Source: Setoptus koraiensis
Taxonomy: Eukaryota > Animalia > Arthropoda
Direction of reading: 5' to 3'
Assembly (NCBI GenBank): GCA_048013815.1
Contig: CM106586.1
Coordinates: 18,538,001 to 18,602,000, forward strand
DNA: 64,000 nt
Shown: positions 37,974 through 51,605 of the stretch, piece by piece
Position numbering within the stretch: position 1 is the stretch's first letter
Layout of the letters: each line of letters begins with the position of its first letter
Translations under genes and position numbers: made by a program
Notes under the pieces: model-generated
What the model saw: the letters and a program-made list of their open reading frames with translations, nothing else
Told to the model about the DNA's origin: nothing
The model's database searches: none

Positions 37974-38092
37974 TCGTGCGTGCATGGCTCAGCGACACTT
38001 TTTTTGGGCTGTCAACCGCTTATACATGACGGTGGGACACACAAAACACATAAACAAAAATATCGAGACTCGAGACTGATGGTCCATGAAGC
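37974..38092 (+). promoter_or_regulatory. Conserved motif pair A+B upstream of copy 3
   Basis: TCGTGCGTGCATGG ... ATGGTCCATGAAGC. Confidence 0.6.
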
Positions 38093-38351
38093 CCGATTCC
38101 GACATTTATCTGGATTTTCATTTTTTTTTTTTAGATTTCAACTCTTATGTGAGCAGTCGAAAAGGTAAAATCCGTCGAGTGAAGTGTAACTCGGACAGAG
38201 GCAGTTAAACAACTTGAAGAGTAAAATTTACAAATTGATTGGAAATAAAATAGAAAAAAAAAACCAAATGGATGGATTCAAGATCAGAATGTGAAACGAT
38301 TTGTATCCTTCTCTTCATAGCTTATATTGTATAGAAGTGGATATTAGTGAG

Positions 38352-40568
38352 ATGGATTCGATCAAATTCAATATATTTAGGCATTTTATCTCAGTTCTTA
38401 TACTCTGCAACGAGTCAGCAAATTTTGCTTCGTCCTATAATGAAGGAGAAGAAGAAGTAACACATAAGAACCAGCCGAAAATTTGCCACAAGCTGAGTTG
38501 GAATAAGAGAGCACCACTCGATGGAATGAGAGCTCGCGTAATCTTGTTCCTTGAAAATAGGCAACAAAAACCGACCTATCTTATTTGGGTAATCCTCGAC
38601 TATCTGTGTAGGCTCTATTTTATATTCAACATGATGGTGTATGGTTTTGGCAGCAAAAGTCTTATCGCTAAATTAGAGGATAAACATTTGATCGTTGACG
38701 TGTATACCTCTTATGGCTTCGCTCGGGTGGTCAACAAAATTTTGGCCATACTTTTTATAGAGGCCTACTTATTACGTACGAAGAACATCGCGGCAAACAT
38801 GAGGATGGAAACCGGACGCCAACGTGGTGATTTGGCAATGACATACATGAACTGTCTCGAATTGACCCCCAGAGCCTGGATGTATGTTCTAGGTCTAACG
38901 GATGCAGTTCAAAGTAGAGATAAGGCACACCTTGAGAGGATGACCCACAGCACTCAGCAATGCAAGCGTCAGTGTCAAGATGCCGCATCCTCAGAAAAAG
39001 AGCATCGAGGTCAATTTCTTCGTGCATATTATAATCGACGTGGCCATACTGCTTTCATCGTCTCTGGATTGTCGGATACGCAGCGAGCGAACTACAAGAA
39101 AAAATTCAATTTCGACGATGACTTCCGAGAAATCAATTATCAGCTAAAGTTTCCAGAGCATCTTCTTCAAAATGGGTCCCCCCATATAATGGATTTAGTA
39201 TCACTGAGAATATTGTCTTATATGACCGCAACAGGAGTGTTGTTTTTATTATTCTGCGCGATAGTAATTATAAGAAGTTTTTTATTGATGGAGTCGAACA
39301 ACTATGGCAATTCGATCTCATTATTCATGAAGCAGCGGTTTATTCCTTATTTGTTCATACTCATCTCTTCCATAATCGTACTGTTTCAATTTATAGAGCA
39401 CAGCCTCTTTATTCTTCACAGTACAGTCTGTTATTGCAAAGCTAAGCAGACGCTCGATTTTTCACTACAGTTGGTTGAACTGTATCGGTCCAACAGAAAT
39501 CGGACCTCGATAGCAAACTTAATAAGGCATAGCACAAAAGGAAACTCTAAAAATATTCAAGTTAATGAGATCAGCAAAGAGGAGCCCACTGCCACAAATC
39601 ATTGCCGATTGGTCGATTCAATTATCGACAAAGAAACAAATACAATATGGATCGATTTATCCAAAGAAATAGACAGGCTCTTCAGTATGATTGTAGAGCT
39701 ACGCTCGGACATCGACCATCTGAAGCGACGTTTTACACTCGATTTAAACTTGGAACTTCTTTTCAAGATACCATGTGTTATATTAACTCTGTCAACGCTA
39801 ATTGCGAGGGCAGACCTGAGCGTTTTGGAGGTTCAAATACTTTGTGTTCTTTTGCAAGGATATTGGGTTCCCATCTTACTCCTCAGTCTTTATGCTGCTT
39901 GTGTACATTCAAAGGTGATCATCCTGATACGCGTCATTTGTTGATGAGTAATTAGCAGAAAGCTAGTTCTTACGCTCCCGGATCATATTCATTCACGAAC
40001 CCCACATAATCTCATTTGCTTCACGCTTTTTTCGTGGTCTCATCGCCAGTTGACGACTGAGCAAGAACATAAGGGGGCCCGAGAAACAACCTGTAGATTA
40101 AACTAGAGCGAGATGAGAGCGAATGGGGGGCTTATGCTGTTCACTCTTCTAACCTCCCGATAACAATAAATAATATCGGACTCTTCATCCCATTCATATA
40201 TCCATTTATATATCTATTCAATGATATTTCCAGTTCAAGGCTATCTATCATGCCCTGCAGAATCTCATGGCCTACCATTCCCTTATGAATTCTTGGAACC
40301 GTCAACGATTGTTGTCCATAGAAGAGGATCTTAATGATGTCAAAAATGTGGCGATTTTTATTTTCGGAACAAACCCGCTGACTTTTGGTAACGTGCCAAT
40401 GGTTAGTATACCATGGAAGAGAATGAATCTCTAGCAGTGAATCCTTGAATTTTTAACCTTCAATATTCACGTCATCCTATTTCGTATTGCATCATTTAAT
40501 TGTATTTTCTATAGCTAATTGGATGGATGGCATCAGGCATAATATTGTTGTTACAGTATGCAGTGTGA
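38352..40568 (+). CDS. GR-like 7TM protein, copy 3 (594 aa)
   Basis: join(38352..39914,40234..40401,40515..40568); ends LIGWMASGIILLLQYAV*. Confidence 0.85.
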
Positions 40569-40821
40569 AATTTCGATCATTCCATCCATCATCCTAGATG
40601 AATGGGTAGAGGCATACTGAGAGTATAAATTCTATTGAGTACAAGCTCAGACAATGTAAGGCATGAGCGATCCCAAACAAATTTCATATGATGGTAAGCG
40701 GGCTCAATATACAAGAAGTATTTTTGTCCTCAATAAGGTGCTTTCTAATGGGATAGAAACGAGAAGCACACATAACATGGTAATATTGTCGAGAGATGGC
40801 CACCAATAGTACCGGTAAGTT

Positions 40822-40960
40822 ACCGGTTACCTTGCGGTTTAAAATAAGTAAAAATCAATTTGATCTTACTAAATCAAAAAAACCATTAAAGCCGTGATTT
40901 AAATCACATTTTTTTATTGATTTAAATCATTTGATTTAAATCAAAAAAATCTCCACTCTA
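40822..40960. mobile_element. Probable short transposon remnant with TGATTTAAATCA palindromes
   Basis: AT-rich ~140-bp insert absent at the homologous position before copies 5 and 7. Flanked by an imperfect 10-bp direct repeat (CCGGTAAGTT / CAGGTAAGTT). No paired TIRs. Confidence 0.5.
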
Positions 40961-40973
40961 CAGGTAAGTTTCA

Positions 40974-41101
40974 TTGTGCGTGCATAGAGACTTTCATCGA
41001 CATGTGGTTAAATGAGCCACGATAACTCAATAGCTCAAAAACAGAGCTATTGAGTTATAGCTCTGTTTATTATGAGACAGTTGATTTATGTTCCGTGAAA
41101 C
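40974..41101 (+). promoter_or_regulatory. Conserved motif pair A+B upstream of copy 4
   Basis: TTGTGCGTGCATAG ... ATTTATGTTCCGTGAAAC. Confidence 0.55.
41022..41068. repeat. Two overlapping perfect inverted repeats
   Basis: 41022-41036 pairs with 41044-41058 (15 bp); 41039-41050 pairs with 41057-41068 (12 bp). Confidence 0.92.
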
Positions 41102-41596
41102 ACGATTCTGACATAGACCCCCTGAGGTTCTGAAGGCATATTCTTATGTGCCCACTGAAATTAGTAGAATGTATCGAGTAAAGAATAACTCGACCAGAGA
41201 CAGTTAAAGAGTGGAGAAGTAAATTTACGAAATTGGTCGGAAATGAAAAGTAGAAGTGAAGAGATAGAACAGGCTTACACTCAAAAATGTCTGCACCATT
41301 TTCTTGATCGTTCGTTTTATGTGATCAACCACAATATATTTAACCCTCGCTATTTTAATTGTCATGGTCCATTGATCCTCATGAGGTTTTCGAGGTATGC
41401 TCCTCTGTGTCTGATTCAAGCGATATAATATGTCGGGCAAAGTGTAACCGAAATGAAGACAGTCGAACAACTGGAGGTAGAAATTCACAAAGCTAATGAA
41501 AACAGAGTGACGAGAAAAGTTCAAACGTTATTGAAATTTGAAAATTCGCATCATTTTCTTGGTCGTTCATATTGTGTGGAAGAGGATAGTATTGAG

Positions 41597-43858
41597 ATGG
41601 ATACGATCAAATTCAACATATATCGGCTGGGAATTTCGGTCATCACATACATCAACGGTTCAGCAAATGTTATGCGGTTCGACAATGAAGAAGAAGGAGC
41701 AGCACAACTAAACCAGTTGGGTATTCTTCACGAGTTGAAGGCGAAGAAGGGCTCACTGCTCGATAAAATTAAGGCTCGCGTGGTCTTATTTCTGGCAAAT
41801 AGACAAAAAGAACCGAGCTACCTTGTATGGATAGTGCTCGACTCCCTCTGTGGACTCTATATTCTATACAATATGAGCGTTTACGGCTTTGGCAGCAAAG
41901 GTCTCATCGCGAAATTAGAAGAGCAACACCTGACCCTCAATATGATCGCACCGTATAAGGCCGCTAGAATGCTCAACAGAGTTGGTGCCATACTTATTAC
42001 AGAAACATACGTTTTTCGAATGAAGAACATCGCAGTGAACATGAGGACAGAGACTGGGCGCCAACACTTTGATCAGGAATTGACGTACTTACACAATATT
42101 GTGTTAACTCCCAGAGCTTGGATGTTCATCGTGGGTCTCACAAATAGAGTTCGAAGCAAAGACACTGCATATCACGAGAGAATCACTGGCAGCACTCAAC
42201 AATGCAAGCTTCAGTGTCAAGCTGCCTCATTGTCAGATAGAGAGTATCCAAGTCGATCTCTCAGTGCAAATCATACTAAACGTAGTGACACCGATGCCGG
42301 GGGTTCTAAATTATCTGAATTGGCCCCGAAATATTCGGCACAGGCGAGTCACAAAAGAAAAGCGTTCAATTTCGACGATGACTTTCGAGAGATCGATTAT
42401 CAGCTAAAATTTCCGAGGCAACTTCTGGTAAATGGGTCTCCCCATATCATGGATTTGGAGACACTGAGGTTTGGTACTCATCTTTATTTGTCATGCATTA
42501 TCGGGATAGCAGTGTTTGGCACGGCAGCTATAAGAGCTTCTCTGTTGATTGAGTTTCACTACTGTGGCAATTCGACGTTGGTATTCGTCAAGCAGCGTCT
42601 TGTTGCGTATATTTTTACGGTTATCGCTTGCGCACACGTAATGTTCCATTTTGTAGACGTTTGTGTCTCTAGCACAGAGTGTGCAATCTGCTACAGTAAG
42701 GCCAAGCGGGTGCTAGACTTGGCCTCTCAATTAATTGAACTGTATCGGCGCAACCGAAAACGTATTTCGAACTTCCGCCTACCGAACTCAGGAAAGTGCG
42801 ACACGAAGGGAGAGCGCCAAATCATCCGAGAGAATCGGAACGACAAACACGAGGCCGTCATCCGAAATCATTGTCGATTGGTCGAAACGATTGTCCATAA
42901 CGAGGAAACAAATCCAATATGCAGTGATCTATCAGGAGAAATAGACAGACTCGTCGCGATGATCATGGAGATACGCTCGGACCTAGACCAACTGAAGCGA
43001 CGTTATACACTTGACATAAACATGGAACTTTTTTTCAAGATGCCATGTGTTATAATAACTCTATCAGCACTCATTGCGACGCCAGATATGAGCAACAAGG
43101 AGGCTCAAATACTTTTTCTTATTTTGCAAGGATATTTGGTTCCCGCCATTTACCTATGCATGTTTGCCGCTCTTGTTCATTCTAAGGTGATCATCATGCT
43201 ATAGATTATCTGTTTACCTTTTATTATTTTAATCCTCTCTTATATGACCCAGCGATTAGTGTAATGTTATCACCGTTACTCACTTCCCTCATTTAACCCC
43301 AGATGCTGTCTTGAATCTTTTTTGTTTCTCTAGTCTCACTGCAAGTCGATTTATAACTTTCTTCAGACAGTAATGAAAGATTCTACGAAAGCTAACTTGT
43401 TGCTCGAGCTGGTGTGAGATGTGAGCTAATGTGAGGACGTCTGGTATTGTGTCGACCCGTCTATGTTATCGCTCATCACATAACTAACAGATATCCCATC
43501 TTTATTTTACACCCATCGATCACGTTTCCAGTTCGAAGCCATCTATTTTGCCCTACAGAATCTCATGACCTATAATTCTCTCATGGCTACCTGGGATTTT
43601 CAACGATTGTCGTCGATAGAAGACGATCTAACTGATATCGAAAATGTTGCGCTCTTTATCTTCACTGTTAACCCAGTGACTTTTGGTAATCTGCCGATGG
43701 TTAGTATGTTACTACGGACAAAAAATCTCGAACTGTGACTTCTAGAATGTGTATTCTTCTATATTTACGTCTTGCCGTTTCAAACTGACCAATATATTCT
43801 ATAGCTGGCTGGATGGATCGCATCGGGTATAGCATTGTTGTTGCAATATGCAGTGTGA
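41597..43858 (+). CDS. GR-like 7TM protein, copy 4 (603 aa)
   Basis: join(41597..43186,43532..43699,43805..43858); ends LAGWIASGIALLLQYAV*. Confidence 0.85.
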
Positions 43859-44160
43859 AATTTCGATCATTCTATCCAACATGCTAAATGGATGGGTCGA
43901 AGCATACTAAGAATATAAATTCTATTGAATATCGTGCGGTCTTTCGCATGCACGATGTGAGAGACCGTCAATACTTTCATGACAAGTTACGACAATGTAA
44001 GGCATGAGCGATTCCAAACAAATTTCATATGATGGTAAGCGGGCTCAATATACAAGAAGTATTTTTGTCCTCAATAAGGTGCTTTCTAATGGGATAGAAA
44101 CGAGAAGCACACATAATATGGTAATATTGCCGAGAGATGGCCACCAATAATGATTTTCAT

Positions 44161-44310
44161 TTGTGCGTGCATAGAGACTTTCATCGACATGTGGTTAAAT
44201 GAGCCATCGAGGGCCCACACATGAAAAAGAGGGGATAATGATAACTTCGACGCTGATAAAATGGCCGAACTAACAAGACTATGCGGCAGCTAATTCATGG
44301 TCCGTGAAAC
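44161..44310 (+). promoter_or_regulatory. Conserved motif pair A+B upstream of copy 5
   Basis: TTGTGCGTGCATAG ... AATTCATGGTCCGTGAAAC. Confidence 0.6.
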
Positions 44311-44848
44311 ACGATTCTGACATGGGCCCCCATGAGATTCTAAAGGTATATTCTCATATGCCCACTGAAATTGGTAGAATGTATCGAGTAAAGAATAACT
44401 CGACCAGAGACAGTTAAAGAGTGGAGAAGTAAATTTACGAAATTGGTCGGAAATGAAAAGTAGAAGTGAAGAGATAGAACAGGCTTAAAATCAAAAATAT
44501 CTGCGACATTTTCTCGATCGTTCATCCTATGCGAAAGTGGATATTATTGAGAAGCATACGATCAAACACAATATATTTAGTCTCGCGATTTTAATTGTCA
44601 TTTGAGAGGGATTTAAGGCCCATTTATCCTCATGAGGTTTTCGGGGTATATTCTTATATGTATGATTCAAGCGATAGAATCAGTCGGGTAAATTGTAACT
44701 GAAATGATGACAGTCGAACAAATGGAGGGAGGAATTGACAAAACTAATGGGAACAAAGTGACGAGAAAAATTCAAACGTTATTAAAACTTGAAAAATTCG
44801 CATCATTTTCTTGGTCGTTCATATCGTGTGGAAGAGGATAGTATTGAG

Positions 44849-47117
44849 ATGGATACGATCAAATTCAACTTGTTTCGGCTCTCACTTTTTATCACCATAT
44901 ACATCAACGGTTCAGCTGAAATTATTTCGCTCAAAGATGAAGAAGAGAAAGCAGCAGCACATGCAAACCATCCAGAGATTTTTTGCGAGCTGAAAGCGGA
45001 GAAAAGGCGGCCACCCTATGAAAAGAAGGCCTGTGTTGCCCTTTTCATGAGACATGGACAACGAAAACCGATATATCTTGTATACATAGTGCTCGAATTC
45101 ATCGGTGGATTCTATATTCTATGCAACCTGATCGTTTACGGCTTTGGAAGCAAAGGTCTCATCGCGAAATTAGAAGAGGGACACCTGACCGTCAACATAC
45201 TCGCAAATTATGGGATCTCTAGAACGCTCAACAGAGTTGGTGCCATACTCATTATAGAAACCTACGTTTTTCGAATAAGGAACATTGCAGCAAACATGAA
45301 GATAAAGACTGGGCGCCAACACTCCGATCAGCAAATGACGTACTTATACAATCTTGAGTTAACTCCCAGAGCTTGGATCTATATTTTGGGTCTGACAGAT
45401 AGAGTTCGAAGCAAAGACACTGCATATCACGAGAGAATCACTGGCAGCACTCAACAATGCAAGCTTCAGTGTCAAGCTGTCTCATCGTCAGATATGGAGC
45501 ATCCGAGTCGATCTCTCAGTGCAAATCATGATGAACGTAGTCACATTGATGCCGAGGGTTCTGAATTATCTGAATTGGCCCCGAAAGATCCGGCACAGGC
45601 GAGTCGCAAAAGGAAGGCGTTCAATTTCGACGATGACTTTCGAGAAATCGATTATCAGATCAAATTTCCGGGGCAACTTCTGGTAAACGGGTCTCCCCAT
45701 ATCATGTATTTGGAGACACTGAGGTTTGGAGCTTATCTTTATCTGTTAGTCGTCCTTGGGATAGCAGTGTTCGGCATAGCAGCAATAAGAGCTTCTCTGT
45801 TGATTGAGTTTCACCACTGTGGCGATTCGATGTTAATTTTCGTCAAGCAGCGTCTTCTAGCATATATATTGGCGGTTATCACTTGCGTACTCATAATGTT
45901 CCATTTTGTCGACCTTGGTGTCTCTTGCACAGATTGTGCAATCTGCTACAGCAAGGCCAGGCATACGCTCGATTTGGCCCATCAATTAATTGAACTGCAT
46001 CGATCGAATGCAAAACGTATTTCGAACCTCTGCATACCGAACTCAGGAACGAGCGACACGAACGGAGAACACCAAAGTGCTCGGCGCAATGAGATCAGCA
46101 AAGAAGAGGTTGCCCTCCTGAATCACTGTCGATTGGTCGAAACAATTATCCATAACGATGAAACAAATTCAATATGCAGTGATCTATCAGAAGAAATAGA
46201 CAGACTCGTCGCGATGATCATGGAGATACGCTCGGACATTGATCATATAAGGCGCCGTAATACACTTGACGTAGATTTGGAACTTTTTTTCAAGATGCCA
46301 TGTGTTATAATAACTCTATCAGCACTCATTGCAACGCCAGATCTGAGTTCTACGGAAGTTCAAATACTTGGTCTTGTTTTGCAAGGATATTTGGCTCCCA
46401 TACTCCTCCTATGCCTTTTTGCCGCTCTTGTTCATTCTAAGGTGATCATCATGCTATAGATAATTTGTTTACCCTTTATTATTTTGATTCTCTCTCATAA
46501 GACCTAACGATTAGTGTAATGTTATCACCGTTGCTCACTCCCCTCATTTAATCCCAGACGCTATCTCGCATCCTTTTCGTTTTCTCTAGTCTCACTCCGA
46601 ATCGACCTATAGCTTTCCTCAGACAGTCATGAAATATCCTACGAAAGCTAACTTGTTGCTCGAGCTGATGTGAGATGTGAGCTAATGTGAGAACGTCTGG
46701 TATCGTGTCGATCCAGCTCTGTTATCGCTCAAGGCATAACTAACGTCAGATATTTCATCTTTATTTTACGTCCATCGATCATATTTCCAGTTCAAGGCCA
46801 TCTATTATGCCCTACAGAATCTTATAACCTATAATTCTCTCATGACTAGTTGGAATCTCCATCGATTGACGTCAATCGAAGACGATCTCAATGATATAAA
46901 AAGTGTTGCGCTTTTTATTTTCACTGTAAACCCGGTGACTTTTGGTAATATGCCGATGGTTAGTATGTTATGATGGACAAAAAATCTCAAATTGTGACCT
47001 CTAAAATCTTTGCTTCTCCATATTTACTTCTCCTTGTTTCATACTGTTCAATATATTCTATAGATAATTGGATGGATTGCATCGGGTATAGTATTGTTAT
47101 TGCAATATGCAGTTTGA
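44849..47117 (+). CDS. GR-like 7TM protein, copy 5 (604 aa)
   Basis: join(44849..46441,46791..46958,47064..47117); ends IIGWIASGIVLLLQYAV*. Confidence 0.85.
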
Positions 47118-48225
47118 AATTTCGATCATTCTATCAGACATGGGTAGAAGCATACTCAGAGTATAAATTCTATTGAGTAACGTGTATGTGAAAAAGCCTA
47201 AATAAAGTGTATAAAGTCCATCTATGTATGCCGATTCATCGCAGCTTTTGCCCGCAATCTAATCGATTTCAATTGATTGCATCGGTTCGTGAAACGAATG
47301 AGAAGCCGATATTAACATCACTGATTCCCATGTTTCCCTCGTGATTGGAATTCTCCGTCAAGATGAAAAGTAGTATGCTGCGTAGACGCATATTATACTT
47401 ACGAGATTACACGGATGGAGATTAGAGTGCCTGTCTTAACATCAAATTCATGATTTCAACCACGGCCGATGATTAATTCATTTCAGGCTTTTATGAATAT
47501 AGATTGTTTTTCATCTAAACCATGATTAAAATAGGCGCTAAAATCCTTGATGATGGAAAACTAAAGACCCCCACTCTAGTGGAGATACTGTACATGGAGC
47601 AAACGTCCTTGTCCTTCCTTAGAGATGGACATCAAAAGCCGAGACATCTTTTATGTATAACAGGCGACTCTCTTCATGGATTCACAATAATGAACAACTG
47701 TATGTAGTGATTGCGATCCATTATTGATATCCAAAACTCTGGGTGTGGCGGCACCTAGGCTGCTGACAATCACTTTACCGTAACAATATGAATATAATAC
47801 TGGGCCTGTGCGACTGTGCAGAGTTTCATCCTCTATATCAACAATGTTCTACTCCAAACTTCTCTATCTATTTGAGTGACTGCTTTTTTCATCACCAAGT
47901 GGTCTGCAATAAGATCAGAGAAGGTCGGCAGTGCCCAAAGTGACGCTAACTCGCTAGCTCGAAATGCCAACCATGAAGTAACAGCTATCATGTACCCTCA
48001 CGATCACATACGTAAACGGGCCCACAGTTGCCAATGCAATCTCCCACTCCCCGATTCGGGACACAAGAGAAACATCGTGCGTATATAACCGAACAGTATG
48101 CGGGCAAAGTGTATTATTAATACTTATGTTCTTCATATTTTTCAACATCACAAATGTTTGTAGGAACCCTAAGTACACAAAACATGGCTAGACTGTCAAA
48201 ACTTAGCTATTAATCATTGGTATTA

Positions 48226-48355
48226 TTGTGCGTGCTTCGGAAATTACCACAACATGTTTATTCGCGGCATCTAAGACAGATTAGGATAACTGCAGTGCAC
48301 AAACGCTCAAAGTAACAGATTTCAGGTCAATGAGGAAATTCATGGTCCATGAAGC
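48226..48355 (+). promoter_or_regulatory. Conserved motif pair A+B upstream of copy 6
   Basis: TTGTGCGTGC ... AATTCATGGTCCATGAAGC. Confidence 0.6.
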
Positions 48356-48572
48356 GAAACTCTAACATTCATCTCCATGGGGTAACTAAGTTTCCGATTC
48401 AGTTGGTAGAATGAGCTACAATGAAGAGTGTTGAATAATCGGAAGAGAAAATTCACCAAGTTAATTAGAAATAGAATGGAATCAAGAGATAAAATCAAAC
48501 AGTAGTAAAATGTAAAACAAATTGTATCATTCCTTTCATCGTTTACGGTATATGGAAGTGGGCATTATTGCG

Positions 48573-50846
48573 ATGGATTCGATCAAATTCAATATATTTC
48601 AGTATTTTATTTCGATTGTCACTTTTTGCAACGGTTCGATTAATATTGAGCAGTTCTACGATGAAGAAGGAAGAGCAACAAATGTGAACCCGTCGGAAAT
48701 GCAGCACGAGACGAGTTCGAGGAAGCCACCATCGTTCCAAGGAGTGAGGTCTCTCGTTGCATTATTTCTTAGAAATAGGCAACGAGAATCGAGCTATCTT
48801 GTGTGGATGATATTTGATTTTTTGTATGGTCTGTACCTTATATTCAATACAACGGTGTACGGTTTTGGAAGCTCAAGTCTTATAGCTAAATTAGGAGAGA
48901 AGTACTTAATCGTTGACATGTATGCTCCTTATGGGCTTGCGCTTTCGCGAATGTTCAGCAGAGTTGTGGCAATACTGCTCACAGAGATCTACATATTTCG
49001 TATAAGGAACATCATAGTAAACTTGAGGATAGAGACTGGACGCCAACACTGTGATCGGAAGTGGACGTACATAAGCTTCCTCGAATTAACACCCAGAGCC
49101 TGGATTTATATTTTAGGTCTCACAGATAGAGTTCAATGCGAAGATAAGACGCATCTTAGAAAAATCACTAGCATCACTGGGCAGTGCAAGATTGAATGTC
49201 GAGATGTCGCCTCGTCGGATAGGGAGTCTAGAACCCAATTATTTGGTGTAAATTGTAATCAGCATCGCCAATTTGATGTCGATAGATCCTCATTATCTGA
49301 TATGGCCCCGGAAGATTCGGCACAGGCGAGTCGCAAAAAAAAGGCGTTTGATTTCGACGATGACTTTCGAGAAATCAATTATCAGTTGAAATTTCCAAAT
49401 CAACTCCTGGCAAACGGTTCGCCCCATATACTGGATATGGCGTCGTTGAGGTTGATGTCGTATCTGAATTTAGGAATAAGGCTGCTCTTATTATTGAGTA
49501 TAATAATAGCTTTATGGACCACTTTATTGGTAGAGTTCAATAAATGTGGCGATTCGATCTTCTTATTCATGAGGCATCGTTTTTTGCCTTATACGTTCGT
49601 GTTGAGCGTTTCGATACTCATACTGTTCCAACTTACAGAGAGTGGCCTCTTGATTCTCGAATGTGTTGTCTGCTATAACAAGGCAAAGCGTATTCTCGAT
49701 TTAACCTTACAGTTAATTAAACTTTATTGGTCCAACAGAAAACGTTCACCGAGCTACTGCATACTGAACACAAGGGAGAGCAAAACGAAAAGAAACTATC
49801 AAACTAACCGATACAATGAGATTAGCAACGAAGAGCTCCCTGCCAAGAATCATTGCCGATTGGTGGATTCAATTATTGATAAAGATGTAACGAATACGAT
49901 ATGGAGCGATTTATCTAAAGAAATAGACAGACTCGTCGCGATGATTATGGAGCTACGCTCAGACTTTAACCATCTAAAGCGACGTTTCACACTTGACATA
50001 AACTTGGAACTTCTTTTCAAGATGCCATGTGTTATATTAACTCTGACAACGCTCATCCAAACGCCAGACCTGACCGTTATGGAAATTCGGCTGATTTATC
50101 TTTTTCTGCAAGGATATTGGGTTCCCATCTTATTCCTCAGTTTTTCAGCATCTCTTGTCCATTCTAAGGTAATCACTGTTGTACGAGCTATTTGTTAAGA
50201 AGTGACGAGCGGAAACTTATCATCTATATCCCCACCCTCACTCCAGTCACTCACAACTCCCACATAGTCCCATATGCCTCAATTTATTTCGCATTCACTT
50301 TTTTTCTCTGGTCTCATCACTCTCTGAACGGCAAATATTGATATGACAGGCCCAGAGAAATAACCTGTTGATTGAACTGGTGCGAGATGAGAGCGAATGT
50401 GTGCTGGCAAGATATTCGGCTTATGTTCCTCGCCACCCTTTCCCCTGTTTCCTCATAACTAATGTCGAGCACTTCCTACAAATTATATATCCATTCATAT
50501 ATCTATTCAATCATATTTCCAGTTCAAGGCGATCTATCACGCCCTACAGAATCTTATGACCTGTAGTTCCCTTATGACTAGTTGGAACCAGCAGCGATTA
50601 ACTTCCATAGGAGACGATCTCAATGATATGGAAAATGTGGCGCTCTTCGTCTTCAAGACAAGCCCGCTAACTTTTGGTAACTTGCCAATGGTGAGTATAG
50701 CATGAAAGAGGAAACTTACTATGTGAAATTTTGAATTTGTATAGATTCTTAGACGTAAATGTCACCTTGTTCTATCCCAACAATAAATTCTATAGCTGTT
50801 TGGATGGATCGCATCAGGCATAATATTGTTGCTGCAATATGTTTGA
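48573..50846 (+). CDS. GR-like 7TM protein, copy 6 (604 aa)
   Basis: join(48573..50168,50523..50690,50796..50846); ends LFGWIASGIILLLQYV*. Confidence 0.85.
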
Positions 50847-51119
50847 ATTTTGATACTTCGGTCCAGCGTGCTGGCTTGCAAATGGTGAGAGGAATGACCA
50901 TGGTATCATTTCCGCTGGAGATCGATGCTTCGTTGAGCATACAGATATCGCTTAGCTCGTAATTGATTTCCTGTCGTTGACCAATTCCACGATTACTCGA
51001 TTGGTCATCATCGCAGTAACTTTCTTATTTTCTTGCATCAGCAAAACTAATTTATGTCAGGACTTTTGGTCAGGAATTTCTATGTAAAGTTGGGGCTATG
51101 TCAGGGGTTCCTTCCGACT

Positions 51120-51258
51120 TAGTGTGGCGGCCTTTATTCTTGAATAAAGGCCATGAAGGCCACTTTAGGCCCGGTGGTTCAAACCCAAAAGGGCCTAAAG
51201 TGGCTTTTATTCATCACAATAAAAGCCATGGGTTTAAACCATTTAGGCCGCCTCACTA
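51120..51258. mobile_element. 139-bp non-autonomous hAT-type MITE
   Basis: 14-bp TIRs TAGTGTGGCGGCCT / AGGCCGCCTCACTA (1 mismatch). Perfect 8-bp TSD TTCCGACT at 51112-51119 and 51259-51266. Internal 14-bp IR GCCACTTTAGGCCC / GGGCCTAAAGTGGC. A paralogous empty site lies near 59585-59670. Confidence 0.9.
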
Positions 51259-51454
51259 TTCCGACTTTTACTTGCGGAACAGGCCGTTCCTTTTTTCTCG
51301 AAATCATGCGATCCGAGACATATGAATGATCCTCCACATATATCACGGTACAGTTTGCCGACAAAATATTCTACCTAAATTTTCGGCCCCGATGAGATAT
51401 TTCCAGACTAGACATTCTAGACTGTCAAGAGATGGCCATCAATACTAAGTTTTA

Positions 51455-51605
51455 TCGTGCGTGCATTGAGACATTCATCGACATGTTGCCAATTGAGGTA
51501 TCAAGGGTTCATATGTGTCTGGAATCAAGATCAAGTTAGCTTCAACCCACACAAAATCCTTTAACTAACGAGATTATGAGTCAGGAAATTTATGGTCCGT
51601 GAAGC
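51455..51605 (+). promoter_or_regulatory. Conserved motif pair A+B upstream of copy 7
   Basis: TCGTGCGTGCATTG ... AATTTATGGTCCGTGAAGC. Confidence 0.6.
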
